NCBI GenBank assembly: GCA_963702895.1
Contig: OY969767.1
Location: 736,001-800,000, forward strand
Length of the DNA: 64,000 bases
DNA from: an uncultured Elusimicrobia bacterium
Lineage (GTDB): Bacteria; Elusimicrobiota; Elusimicrobia; 2-01-FULL-59-12
Direction: 5' to 3'
The first letter of the stretch is position 1, and each line of letters starts with the position of its first letter. A program made the translations under genes and the position numbers. Below the pieces are notes generated by a model. It saw only the letters and a list, made by a program, of their open reading frames with translations. It was not told the DNA's origin and made no database searches. This document shows positions 52,686-62,004 of this stretch, piece by piece.

Positions 52686-52707
52686 ATAGTTGTACTGAGT
52701 GACGTCG

Positions 52708-52831
52708 CCCCGGCATGTTGTCCCCCTTGAGTCCGGGGGACTGTCCCTTCCTTTAAATTTAGAGGAAGGGGACGTTAGCCGGGGATCTTCGGTTGTATGT
52801 ACCTCCCTCGCCCGCGGGACGCGGGAGAGGG
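52708..52831. repeat. Structured intergenic palindromes (REP-like)
   Basis: Outer stem CCCCGGC/GCCGGGG enclosing two hairpins; a separate CCCTCGCCCGCG...CGCGGGAGAGGG hairpin at ~52805-52831. Confidence 0.65.
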
Positions 52832-52880
52832 AACGAAAAATGTGAGGATGACATCTTGTGATGACGTGTCAGGAGATCCA

Positions 52881-55800
52881 TTGAAAACATTGCATTCCTT
52901 TATAGCTCTTGTCCTTTCGGTGGTGCTGATCGCCCAACCTGCGGCGGCGTCTTGGCCGCCGCATTCTCAAGCGAGCGGCTCCCAGACTGTCCTTTCAGAA
53001 TCTTCTCCACAGGAACGTGTTACACAAGAAGCCCTTCTTTTGGGTGGATACTGGTTCCGCCAGGCGATCACCACGACCCAGACAGCGTTCCGACTACGTC
53101 GAGCCGTTCCTCGAAGCCTCTCCCCAGTTTTCCTCAGGACCGTCCGGTTTACGCTCGGAATCGCGGCAGCGGCTCTCTCAGGCGGGGCGCTGGGCCTGGC
53201 CTACATTGATGATGTTTACGACAACCCCACACCCAGGACCCCGGCGCCTCAAACCCCTAATTTCTACAAGAACTGGCTGGAGTTTGTGGGGGACAATTCC
53301 CCCGACTGGCAGCGCTTTAACCTTTTAGGGGCGGTGGTCCTTCAGGTGAGCGCGAAAAATGATGGGGGAATCTTTACCTTTGATCAAATCAAGCAAGACA
53401 CCTTGGATAGCTTTGAGAACCACCTCTTGCCCGCCAATGAAGAGAAGATCCAGTCGCTGCTCAGCAAGATGGTCGAATTGCATCTCGTTCGGCAGGATGC
53501 CGAAGGGCGCTATGCGCCACTGGTCGAGCCCGAGGTGATCGCGGTTAAAACGGAAAATGTCGCCTTTATCCAACGCCAGCTCGAACACGCTCTTCGCAAG
53601 GGAGCGCGCGACGGCGTGAAGGCGGAGACGCACCTGTATCAGCTCTTGGAGCATTACGCCAGGATCGTCGAGCGTTGGAAACTTGACCCGCTTGAGGCCC
53701 GCTGGCCGGTCCTGAAGGCTGTGGCGCGACTCTCCCAAGCCGATCAGACGCACCTCCTTAAATTTCTGGATGCACACGCCGACCAACTACAGCATTGGCC
53801 TCTGATGGGCTCGATGCTCCTCATGTTAAGAAGGGAATTTCCCCCCGATTGGCTCCTGAAGCATGCGCCGCACATGGTCGGACGAAATCACTATATCGTG
53901 GGGTCGGAGGGCTGGTATGCCGCGGGCGGGCTGGGCCGCGTCCTTCAGTATAATGCGGCCGCCATCCAGCACCTGGCCCAGGGCCATATGCCGGTGATCA
54001 CCATCGAGCCCTACTATTCCCACTGGCTGGACGGTCAGCGCAAGCTCCATCAAGGGCTGCGCTATGGGCCCGGGGGGCCTCTCATCACCCCTGTCGAAGG
54101 GCTTTCGGAGGTGCCCGTGATGAGCTTTGAAGTGGAGGTTAATCACCGGCAGGTCCTTGCGGAAGTCTTCGAGGGTACCAATGAATACGGCGTGAAGGTC
54201 TATCTCATCCGCGACCGGCAAATCAATCCCGCCAACGGTGAGACTGAAAGCCTGATCACACGGGTGGTCTACAATTATCGGGAAACGGACAAGCTGGCCA
54301 GTGATGAGGCGATCAGCACCGCCGAAGAGTTCACCGAGTTTATGTCCCGTGCTTCTCTTAAGCTGATCCAAAGCCTGGAAGAAAAAAAACAGGAAGCGAT
54401 GCTGGCCGCCGGAGACACGAGCTACAAAGCCCCGGTGATCAGCGTCAACGATGGCCAATTCGGGCCGTTCGCGCTCTTTAAGCGGGACCTCGACCGGGTC
54501 TGGAAGGCGCTCTCAGGCGCGGTGATTTCGTTTGTGACCCATACGTACCGGAACCGGATGTGGTTTCGCGGGGTCGATTCCTCCAGCATGGGCGCGGCCT
54601 TTGCTGATTTCGTTCAGTGTGTGGCCAGCATCCATCGTCAGGAAAAAGCCGCCCCTGCAGACCCCGACATCCGCGTGGTCGCCAATACCAATGGCGACAA
54701 CCGCGCGCTCACGCGAAGGTTGTTCCTGAAGCTCTGGACGCAGCTTTTCGGCCATGCCCATCATGAGCACCCCAGTGACGAGCAGATTCGCAAACTGAAA
54801 TACCAGGCCAAGAAACAAATGCGCTTCGACCGCACGCTCCTGGAAAGCCTTGGAATCTTTCGCGCCGATGAATATGTTCTGGATCCTGACAAGCTCGTGC
54901 TTGTTTTTACCGGCCGCCTGGATCCGGTGAAAGCCGGACGGGAACGCGCGTTGACGGATGACAACATCCGGCTCCTCGTATCCTTGGGCGTGCAGGTGGT
55001 GATCTATGGAAATATCCAAGCCACAACAAAAGAGATGTACGACGATCTCGTGCGTCTAGCCAAGGAAGTGAATCAGGTGCCTGAAGGGACTGACCCGAAG
55101 ACACGAGGCAAGCTGATTGTGCGTTCCGGATGGGGTCAGCCGGAACAGATCGAGCTTCTGGCCGCGGCGGATGTGCTCGTGGTGGACTCCGATCGCGGCA
55201 CCGAGGCCGCGGGCATTTCTGAAACGGATGGCATGGCGACCGGCTGCATTATCGTCGGTCCTGCCGGGCTGGAAGGCATCCTTCAGAAACAGGGTCTGCC
55301 GATCAATCGAGCGGAGGCCTATTCCGGCAATACGGCAATACCAGAGGAATCGACCCAGGTCGGCTATGCCAAAGTCTATCAATGGCTGCTCGAGCTCTAT
55401 GAAAAGGACCCGGTCCGATTCGCGTCCTATCAGGCGGCTTCCGTCCGCTTGAGCCGGATTCTGGAGGCGGAACTGCCCGCCGCCGAAAACCTTCGCCAAT
55501 ATGACCGGGCTGTCCAAAGAAAAGACGATCCTCTCTATCTCTTGACCGAAATCAGGCAACGCTTAACAGAGGCAGACAAATACCTGTGGTCCTATAGGGT
55601 CAAGACCGAGTTACTCAACTTCCTGGCATCCTCCCTTATTTCGCACTCCATCGCGTTCGAGAGGGAGGACATCAAGACCTCCATCATTCGATTGGAGAAC
55701 GGAGAGGTCCTTTTGCTTGCGGTGGATCGAACGGACACGCGGCCCAGCCCTTGGGGAGAGAAGAAATTTGGGCGGCTCCTTTTCAACGCCTCAGTCGACG

Positions 55801-58800
55801 CAAAGCAGCTGCAAGAACTCTTGGGTGTCGCAGAATTAGACCCTGAGAAAGAGTTTATTGTCGCAGACGCCGCGACGGGAGAGATCTACGGGCAGCACAA
55901 AATACAGAAAATCTTAGAACAAGAGTTCAAAGTGGGTGTCCCTGTCGGGAAATTCCAGATGCTGCAGTTTTTGCCCGTGACAGCTCCCACCGCTGAGGGC
56001 GAAACGGTGGCCGAGAAGTCACTCCGGACCGTTCCAGCCTCCTGGTCGGGTAACGCGCTCTACTCGGCACTTCTGGCCATCGCGGGGTACTTCTCAGGCA
56101 TCGAAGCATTGGAGTCGGCTGCGCTGGCGTCCTTTATCGCAGGATCGGTCCTCTTCGTTGAGGAATACCTTTATATGAAGCGCCGAGGACTGGATCGGTT
56201 GGGTTGGAGGGACGCGAAGGGAGCCATTGGGACCGTTCCCGGTATGAGTCCGTTCCGCGCCCGCCGCGTCGCCTGGCATGAGAAGCTGGTGCACGCCGTT
56301 CCCGGCGGCGCCGCGGCGGATTTCTTCGTCGCGCCCTTCGCGGACTGGGCGGCGCTCGCGCTGGCGGCACTGGGATTTACCGTTGACTCCGAGGTTTGGA
56401 CGCGGGTGCGACAGTTCCGCGGTCTTCTGGCCCACGAATGGGGGCATTATGGGGCTGCCAAACGTCATGGTCTTGCTGTGGGAACGTCCTTAGGGACCCT
56501 GTTTCGCGAAGCTTGGCAGGGTGAAGGCCGCGTTACCGTTCCCGAGATGGATACGAGTCAGTACCTTGGCCGCACCGATCGGGTCTATCATCGCAAGGCC
56601 CTGCGGGTTGCTCAGGGCGGGATCCGGGCCAATTTTAATGCAGCGGTTCGCGACAGTGTGATCGCGGCGGCCGGCAGTTTCTATGCCTGGCATTCGCTAA
56701 GCGGCTTAACGGCCGCTGTCATCACCGCAGCGCTCGCCGCCTGGATGGCGTATTCCATTGACAGCAACCGGCTCCTCACGCTCAACGAGTTGCACCGGCT
56801 TGAGGTGAACAGCGATACGCGGCGGATGCAGTATCACCTGCGCGAGCTTCACCCCGAACCGCCCGCACGGAACTGGTTCCAGCGATGGATCATATTCCCC
56901 GCGATCATCGTTCACGAGCGCGGTCACTACCACGCGTCCCGGCGCCTCGGCCTGAAGCCAAAAGGCTGGCTCATCCCGACACTCCGCTACCTATGGACGG
57001 GGAAAGGGATGCCCTTCGTCACCCACAGGCAAACGGCGTTGATGGATATCACGACCATAGGCGAGGCGATCGCTGCGCAGCGGGATCTCCTGGAGGTCTA
57101 CCGCGCGGGAGCGATCGCCAACTTCGACGCCGGCTGGAAAGTGATCCTTCCCATGGCAGCCCTGCTGGCCGGTACACTGTCGATAGGCGGTCCGATCGGT
57201 TCGGCGCTGACGGGATCCGTTCTGGCAGGCTCGATCTGGTTTCTTTGGAACAACGGTCATGGATTTATCCGAAGCGCCGGCGTGCCTTGGGACAGGGGTG
57301 ATCCCTTCGGGTCGCAGATGGGACAGGCCGCCATCCAAATCTTGTCGGACATTGAAGCCAGAGAAAGGAAAAAACTCGGGGAAGCGGGGCGCGAGGCCCC
57401 CATCCCGATGCGTCCTCACCTGGATGAGTTGTTCGTAAGACTCTTCCGCTTCACGGGCCCAGCACCGATTCCAACGAGCGCGGAGATAAGAGCTCAATCT
57501 TCCGGAAAAACAAGGGGCAGCGCGCCTGACGATCGCCAGCCGGCCGCAGCGGCTCGCTCCGGCGCCGGGAAGGACTGGGAGAGTCAGAAACAGGATTTCT
57601 TGAGGCGCATCGCTGCGGCCCCTACGGAAGAGGATCTCAAACACGTCTATCGAGCGATGGCCGTGGAATTCCATCCCGACAAGAATTTGGGCGATCCAAG
57701 GGGTGCAGAAGAAATATTCAAGCAGCTGTGCAACGCCATCGCCCGAAGGGTCAAACCTGGTTCCGAGGACGAGTCGCCAGAGGAAGTCCAAGGGTCCGAC
57801 AATCTCGAATGGCTAAAGCAATGGCTCGACGGTGAATTGCGTGGCAGCGGCTTTAGGGTCGTCCGGTGGCCGGAGGACCTCGGGCCGGAAACGAGCGCTC
57901 CTTATGCCCGAGATAATCAACGCGTTGTCGGCGGAGCGATCCGCGCGCTGAAAGAACGTTCGAACGGACCCGGCGCGAGGCCCGGTCGCGCTGATCACGA
58001 TCAGCGCTTGTCGCGGGGCGACTCAACGCTGGCGTCGGCGATTTCAGCGGAGGAGGCGTTGGCCACCTTGCCAGGATCCGGAGCCGACCGTGGAGGCGCA
58101 GAATCTGTCCCAGGTGACCCGCTTGGGTCGGCTCGTTTCACAGCGGAAAAATTGCACAAGGCCAGAACCCTGCGCGTCGGCGAGATTGTCCACCTCCGAC
58201 GGGGGGACCAGCTGTTCAGGACCGTTGTGCTCGGAGCGATGACGGCGGCGCATCCTACCCTGGAACTGATCAAAGTTCCAGCTCCGTTCGGGGTTGTGGG
58301 CGATATGCTTTTTCCGGAACCACTACCTGCGGAGTTCTTTGACTTGGATCCTGCCGAAATCGCTTCCGTCGCGATAGACCTTGAACGGGAACCAATCCGC
58401 CAGAGCAAGAAAGTCATTACGATCGGCGACCAGCTGGAGGTCACCTATGATTACGGACGAAGAGCCAGGGTGACCGTCGTGGCATATAACGATGGAATGT
58501 TCGTGTGCATTGGACATCAGCGCTTGTGGGACCGGCCGGACCACTATGGGGGCTATGGAATGTCGTTCGGCGAGCAATATGCTCGTGAAGAACTTGAGAG
58601 GTCGGGTGGAAACCTGCGCAAGGCCCCGCTCCAACCGGTTGATGAACCTTCCCTGCCCGCGGAGCATCCTGGCCAGCCGGCCCAGGCCAATGTCTCGGAG
58701 ACGCATACCTTGAGCTTCGGCACTCTCACCGTCCATTCTGCGCGGGAGACCGTTCCGGGATTGTGGAGGATCGAGTTCAGCGTTGAAGGGGGGGATGTTC

Positions 58801-61800
58801 GGGCGAACCACGGCGTCGTCTTATCGATGGATCCAGGGCGGTTTCGGATTGAACCCGTCGTTTCGAGGAAGGTTCTCGAACGGAACTTTGATCCCCGGAA
58901 CGGCGAACCGCTCGTCCAAACTCCCGATCTCCGTATGGGATACACGGTTCGGGACATGGCGGAGGGCCGAGCGCCCGAAGAGGACCTGATTCGACCCGCG
59001 GGTGCGCGGCCAGACCGGGAAGCGCTTGTCTTGGCCGTCCCCGCGACGGATAACATCTTGTCGCGCAACGCCCTTCTTGGGATCGACGGGAAGCTGGTGG
59101 CCAGGCCGAAGCAGGCCGTCGGCCTGACGGAATCGCGCATACAACCCCCTATGGGGTGGCATTCGATGTTGAGCCTGGACCCGAACAAGCCCGTCGTGTT
59201 CAAGCTGAGATTGAGCCTGAACAACGTTACTTTTGTCGACGAGGATGGGGCCACCGAAGCCACCGAATTTTCGAAGGTCCCTTTTGATCCACCCTTGGTC
59301 ATTAGGGATGAACAGCGACGGCAGGTGGACAAACTGCCCGTGCGGAACTTCGTGTCTGGGCAGAGGGTGGTTGAAGGGGGCCGCAATGTGGCTGGCGAGC
59401 TGCGGCGCGACCCCGAAACGATGTCGACGGGAGATTCGGTCAATTGGGGAAATGTCGACGAGCCCATGGCCTTCAGTCTCAATGGATACACCCGCGCCGG
59501 GCGGTTGGGTGTCCTCCAGGTTTGGGGAAATCCTGATCCCGAACAAAACGGCGGGAAAGCCGAACTGAATATCAAGCAAGCCGCCGAAGTGGCCTTGGCG
59601 TTCGGCTTCGAGGATGCGATTCTGGGCGCGGCAAGCGGTGGCGTGTACCGCGCTGAGCGGTCCCCTCAGGCGCAGGCAACGGAATTCATCGCGGAGGGTG
59701 CCCCGGGGAAGAGAAATAGTCGCCTCGATCAACATCTGAGGGTCCGCGGGAAGCCCGGCGATCCGGGCCTTCGTTTGGGAGCGGCCTTTCTCATGATTTA
59801 TCAGCGCGCCGGCCTGAATAAGGGAGCAACGAGGCATGGCATTGAGACGGGCTCGGGTCAAACGGCCCCTCTCAGGCGCGGGCTCCCTGCGGTTTCCCAC
59901 CGCCCGGCCGAGAAATCCTTGGCGACGGTCAAGGCCGCCTGGGCGGGCAGTGCGGCTTACACCGCGGTGGCCTTGGCCGTCGGGATCTTTTTCCGGCATG
60001 GGGAATGGGCCGCGGCGGCGGCGCTTTTCCTGATTGCCTCTTCGCTCCTTTTCGGCGAGGAGCATCGGTTCATGAGCCGGACAGGCCTGGACCGCTTGGG
60101 GCAGAAAACGGCTGACGGCGCCACCTGGATCGCCCCGGAGTTGGGCCGCGGCTTCCGCGCCCGCCGCGTCGCCTGGCATGAGAAGCTGGTGCACGCCGTT
60201 CCCGGCGGCGCCGCGGCAGATTTCTTCGTCGCGCCCTTCGCGGACTGGCTGGCCCTCGCGCTAGCGGCGCTGGGATTTGAGGTCAGAATGGCCTTGGCTG
60301 AACTCAGAGAAACCCTGGAGGCCGAACAGCCCGCCGTCGCTCCGATTCCAATTGAAGCGGCCGATCAGGCGGATTCCCTCGTTGTGGGCACGATTGAGGC
60401 TCGATGGCCGCTGGAGGAGCAAAAGGAGCTGTTGGCCCGTCTCGTTCCCCAGGCCGCCAAGCAGGATGTGGTGGTGGTGCTGCAGGAGCCGCTGGCGGAA
60501 GGGCTGCCGATGAAGGTGACTCTCACCCGCCGCGAATGGACCGCAAACGCCAGCGATCCCTTCAGCACCCTGATGCAGCTCTTGGAGTCCCAGGAGAAGG
60601 CGGTAGACGGGACCGGTTCGGGCTTTTTTAAGATCTACGATGACGGGCAAAGCCTCGAGACGGTTCGTCTTCCCGTTCCCGGGGTCGCCGGAGTAGAAGC
60701 GGAGTATACCGTGAATCTCTTGCGGGCGAACCGTCCGGGCGGAGGCGGCCGTTCGACGGAATGCACCTTGTGCGGGGGAGTGATCAAAGAGAGATTCCCG
60801 AATGAGCTGGGGATGCGCATGGGGCCGCTGACGGTTTATTTTAATCCCTTCTCGTTCTGGCCGTCGCGCCACGATCAGGATCCCCTGACGTCGGCTTGCC
60901 ATGTGGTTGCCGTCTGGGGGGATGAACACCTGTCCCAAACGCGGCTCGCCGAGATCCGCTCGTTGCGTGCGCTGCGCGAAGAGTGGATGCGGCTGAATGA
61001 ATCGCCGCGCCTGCGGAATCAAACCAAGTTCCGTATGTTTTTGAACGGATGGAATTACGATCCCGAGCGCCCCGAAAATAGCGGGGGAGCGACCCAAGAT
61101 CATATCCATGCGCACTGGGCACGCAAGCCCTTCGCTTCGGAGGCATGTCCGGTGGCGTCGAGGGCTTTACCCAGCGGCGTGCGGGTGGGCCTCGTGAATT
61201 TGCTGCCGGATGCCGATGGCCAGAAGTCCTTCGATCACGTGGCGCTCTCGCTCGAAGCCGATCGGGAGCATCTGTCCGAACTTGATGAGGAAATCGCGAG
61301 AGCCCTTAAGCTCATTACAGGCGAAAAAGATTCCTTTAATGTCCTCTATTTCGAAGTGCCAGCGGAAGGGTCACGCCCTTCTTCTATTCGTGCCCTGGTG
61401 ACGGGACGCAACCGGGGAGTCCCGATGACGGGCCATGGGGCCTATGGCGCTCCGCAAGTGCTCGGGTTGAACCAAGTCATTGGAGACCGGCCGGGTCATT
61501 TTTATGATTTGTCACCAGAACAGCAGGTTTCCCTTGAAGCGCTACCCTTGGGAAAGGTGCTTGAGTGGGTTCGTCTTGAGCGAGCGCAAGGGCGTTTGCG
61601 GGTTCGATCTCCCGAAGATTTACAGAACCGCTATCGGCAGGCACTGCGGGAAACAGCCTACTCCCGAGGTCAAGTGGAAAATCTGATGAGACGCATCATC
61701 GATGCTGCCGAATCGGGATGGCGAAACAAAATCGGCAAATTCATGAGTTCATTGGTTTTACCGATTTGGCGGCAATGGAATGCGCTCCGCCGAGATAAAA

Positions 61801-61835
61801 CCGTTGAAAATAAAAGAATATGGAGTTCCGCCTGA
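52881..61835 (+). CDS. Large multidomain membrane protein ORF3: GT5-like GT-B, two M50-like HExxH units, J-domain, NAGPA-like, HIT/GalT-like
   Basis: AGGAG RBS (52871-52875) before TTG 52881 gives signal peptide MKTLHSFIALVLSVVLIAQPAAA. Motifs: E.WYAAGGLG and FTGRLDPVK, HEWGH, HERGH, FHPDKN, GGATQDHIHAH. Confidence 0.9.
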   Translation: MKTLHSFIALVLSVVLIAQPAAASWPPHSQASGSQTVLSESSPQERVTQEALLLGGYWFRQAITTTQTAFRLRRAVPRSLSPVFLRTVRFTLGIAAAALSGGALGLAYIDDVYDNPTPRTPAPQTPNFYKNWLEFVGDNSPDWQRFNLLGAVVLQVSAKNDGGIFTFDQIKQDTLDSFENHLLPANEEKIQSLLSKMVELHLVRQDAEGRYAPLVEPEVIAVKTENVAFIQRQLEHALRKGARDGVKAETHLYQLLEHYARIVERWKLDPLEARWPVLKAVARLSQADQTHLLKFLDAHADQLQHWPLMGSMLLMLRREFPPDWLLKHAPHMVGRNHYIVGSEGWYAAGGLGRVLQYNAAAIQHLAQGHMPVITIEPYYSHWLDGQRKLHQGLRYGPGGPLITPVEGLSEVPVMSFEVEVNHRQVLAEVFEGTNEYGVKVYLIRDRQINPANGETESLITRVVYNYRETDKLASDEAISTAEEFTEFMSRASLKLIQSLEEKKQEAMLAAGDTSYKAPVISVNDGQFGPFALFKRDLDRVWKALSGAVISFVTHTYRNRMWFRGVDSSSMGAAFADFVQCVASIHRQEKAAPADPDIRVVANTNGDNRALTRRLFLKLWTQLFGHAHHEHPSDEQIRKLKYQAKKQMRFDRTLLESLGIFRADEYVLDPDKLVLVFTGRLDPVKAGRERALTDDNIRLLVSLGVQVVIYGNIQATTKEMYDDLVRLAKEVNQVPEGTDPKTRGKLIVRSGWGQPEQIELLAAADVLVVDSDRGTEAAGISETDGMATGCIIVGPAGLEGILQKQGLPINRAEAYSGNTAIPEESTQVGYAKVYQWLLELYEKDPVRFASYQAASVRLSRILEAELPAAENLRQYDRAVQRKDDPLYLLTEIRQRLTEADKYLWSYRVKTELLNFLASSLISHSIAFEREDIKTSIIRLENGEVLLLAVDRTDTRPSPWGEKKFGRLLFNASVDAKQLQELLGVAELDPEKEFIVADAATGEIYGQHKIQKILEQEFKVGVPVGKFQMLQFLPVTAPTAEGETVAEKSLRTVPASWSGNALYSALLAIAGYFSGIEALESAALASFIAGSVLFVEEYLYMKRRGLDRLGWRDAKGAIGTVPGMSPFRARRVAWHEKLVHAVPGGAAADFFVAPFADWAALALAALGFTVDSEVWTRVRQFRGLLAHEWGHYGAAKRHGLAVGTSLGTLFREAWQGEGRVTVPEMDTSQYLGRTDRVYHRKALRVAQGGIRANFNAAVRDSVIAAAGSFYAWHSLSGLTAAVITAALAAWMAYSIDSNRLLTLNELHRLEVNSDTRRMQYHLRELHPEPPARNWFQRWIIFPAIIVHERGHYHASRRLGLKPKGWLIPTLRYLWTGKGMPFVTHRQTALMDITTIGEAIAAQRDLLEVYRAGAIANFDAGWKVILPMAALLAGTLSIGGPIGSALTGSVLAGSIWFLWNNGHGFIRSAGVPWDRGDPFGSQMGQAAIQILSDIEARERKKLGEAGREAPIPMRPHLDELFVRLFRFTGPAPIPTSAEIRAQSSGKTRGSAPDDRQPAAAARSGAGKDWESQKQDFLRRIAAAPTEEDLKHVYRAMAVEFHPDKNLGDPRGAEEIFKQLCNAIARRVKPGSEDESPEEVQGSDNLEWLKQWLDGELRGSGFRVVRWPEDLGPETSAPYARDNQRVVGGAIRALKERSNGPGARPGRADHDQRLSRGDSTLASAISAEEALATLPGSGADRGGAESVPGDPLGSARFTAEKLHKARTLRVGEIVHLRRGDQLFRTVVLGAMTAAHPTLELIKVPAPFGVVGDMLFPEPLPAEFFDLDPAEIASVAIDLEREPIRQSKKVITIGDQLEVTYDYGRRARVTVVAYNDGMFVCIGHQRLWDRPDHYGGYGMSFGEQYAREELERSGGNLRKAPLQPVDEPSLPAEHPGQPAQANVSETHTLSFGTLTVHSARETVPGLWRIEFSVEGGDVRANHGVVLSMDPGRFRIEPVVSRKVLERNFDPRNGEPLVQTPDLRMGYTVRDMAEGRAPEEDLIRPAGARPDREALVLAVPATDNILSRNALLGIDGKLVARPKQAVGLTESRIQPPMGWHSMLSLDPNKPVVFKLRLSLNNVTFVDEDGATEATEFSKVPFDPPLVIRDEQRRQVDKLPVRNFVSGQRVVEGGRNVAGELRRDPETMSTGDSVNWGNVDEPMAFSLNGYTRAGRLGVLQVWGNPDPEQNGGKAELNIKQAAEVALAFGFEDAILGAASGGVYRAERSPQAQATEFIAEGAPGKRNSRLDQHLRVRGKPGDPGLRLGAAFLMIYQRAGLNKGATRHGIETGSGQTAPLRRGLPAVSHRPAEKSLATVKAAWAGSAAYTAVALAVGIFFRHGEWAAAAALFLIASSLLFGEEHRFMSRTGLDRLGQKTADGATWIAPELGRGFRARRVAWHEKLVHAVPGGAAADFFVAPFADWLALALAALGFEVRMALAELRETLEAEQPAVAPIPIEAADQADSLVVGTIEARWPLEEQKELLARLVPQAAKQDVVVVLQEPLAEGLPMKVTLTRREWTANASDPFSTLMQLLESQEKAVDGTGSGFFKIYDDGQSLETVRLPVPGVAGVEAEYTVNLLRANRPGGGGRSTECTLCGGVIKERFPNELGMRMGPLTVYFNPFSFWPSRHDQDPLTSACHVVAVWGDEHLSQTRLAEIRSLRALREEWMRLNESPRLRNQTKFRMFLNGWNYDPERPENSGGATQDHIHAHWARKPFASEACPVASRALPSGVRVGLVNLLPDADGQKSFDHVALSLEADREHLSELDEEIARALKLITGEKDSFNVLYFEVPAEGSRPSSIRALVTGRNRGVPMTGHGAYGAPQVLGLNQVIGDRPGHFYDLSPEQQVSLEALPLGKVLEWVRLERAQGRLRVRSPEDLQNRYRQALRETAYSRGQVENLMRRIIDAAESGWRNKIGKFMSSLVLPIWRQWNALRRDKTVENKRIWSSA
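56016..56378 (+). repeat. Shared membrane module, copy 2 (ORF3)
   Basis: 56253-56348 differs from 60153-60248 at a single base. Confidence 0.95.
59913..60278 (+). repeat. Shared membrane module, copy 3 (ORF3)
   Basis: Same KSL...TM...HEKLVH...ADW.ALALAALG module. Confidence 0.95.
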
Positions 61836-62004
61836 TGCCCCGTCTAAGAGGTCGCAAGAGGGGCCAGGGGGAAATGTAGGTCTATCGGGCAAGGAAATTT
61901 AGCCGAAGGTTTGATTGTTTTAGAGCGAAATAGAGGTCACAATATTGAGAGCCGTAGGTCGCAAACATCACGTTTGTGCATAGCCGAGGAGGCATTGGAA
62001 TTCC

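Noticed and set aside
14022..52685. NRPS/PKS or classical RHS toxin as the explanation for ORF2
   Set aside because: No adenylation, condensation or ketosynthase motifs were seen, and no DPxG RHS core end with a toxin-immunity pair.
52797..52880. ATG 52797 as the ORF3 start
   Set aside because: It runs through a REP-like hairpin. TTG 52881 has an RBS and gives a clean signal peptide.
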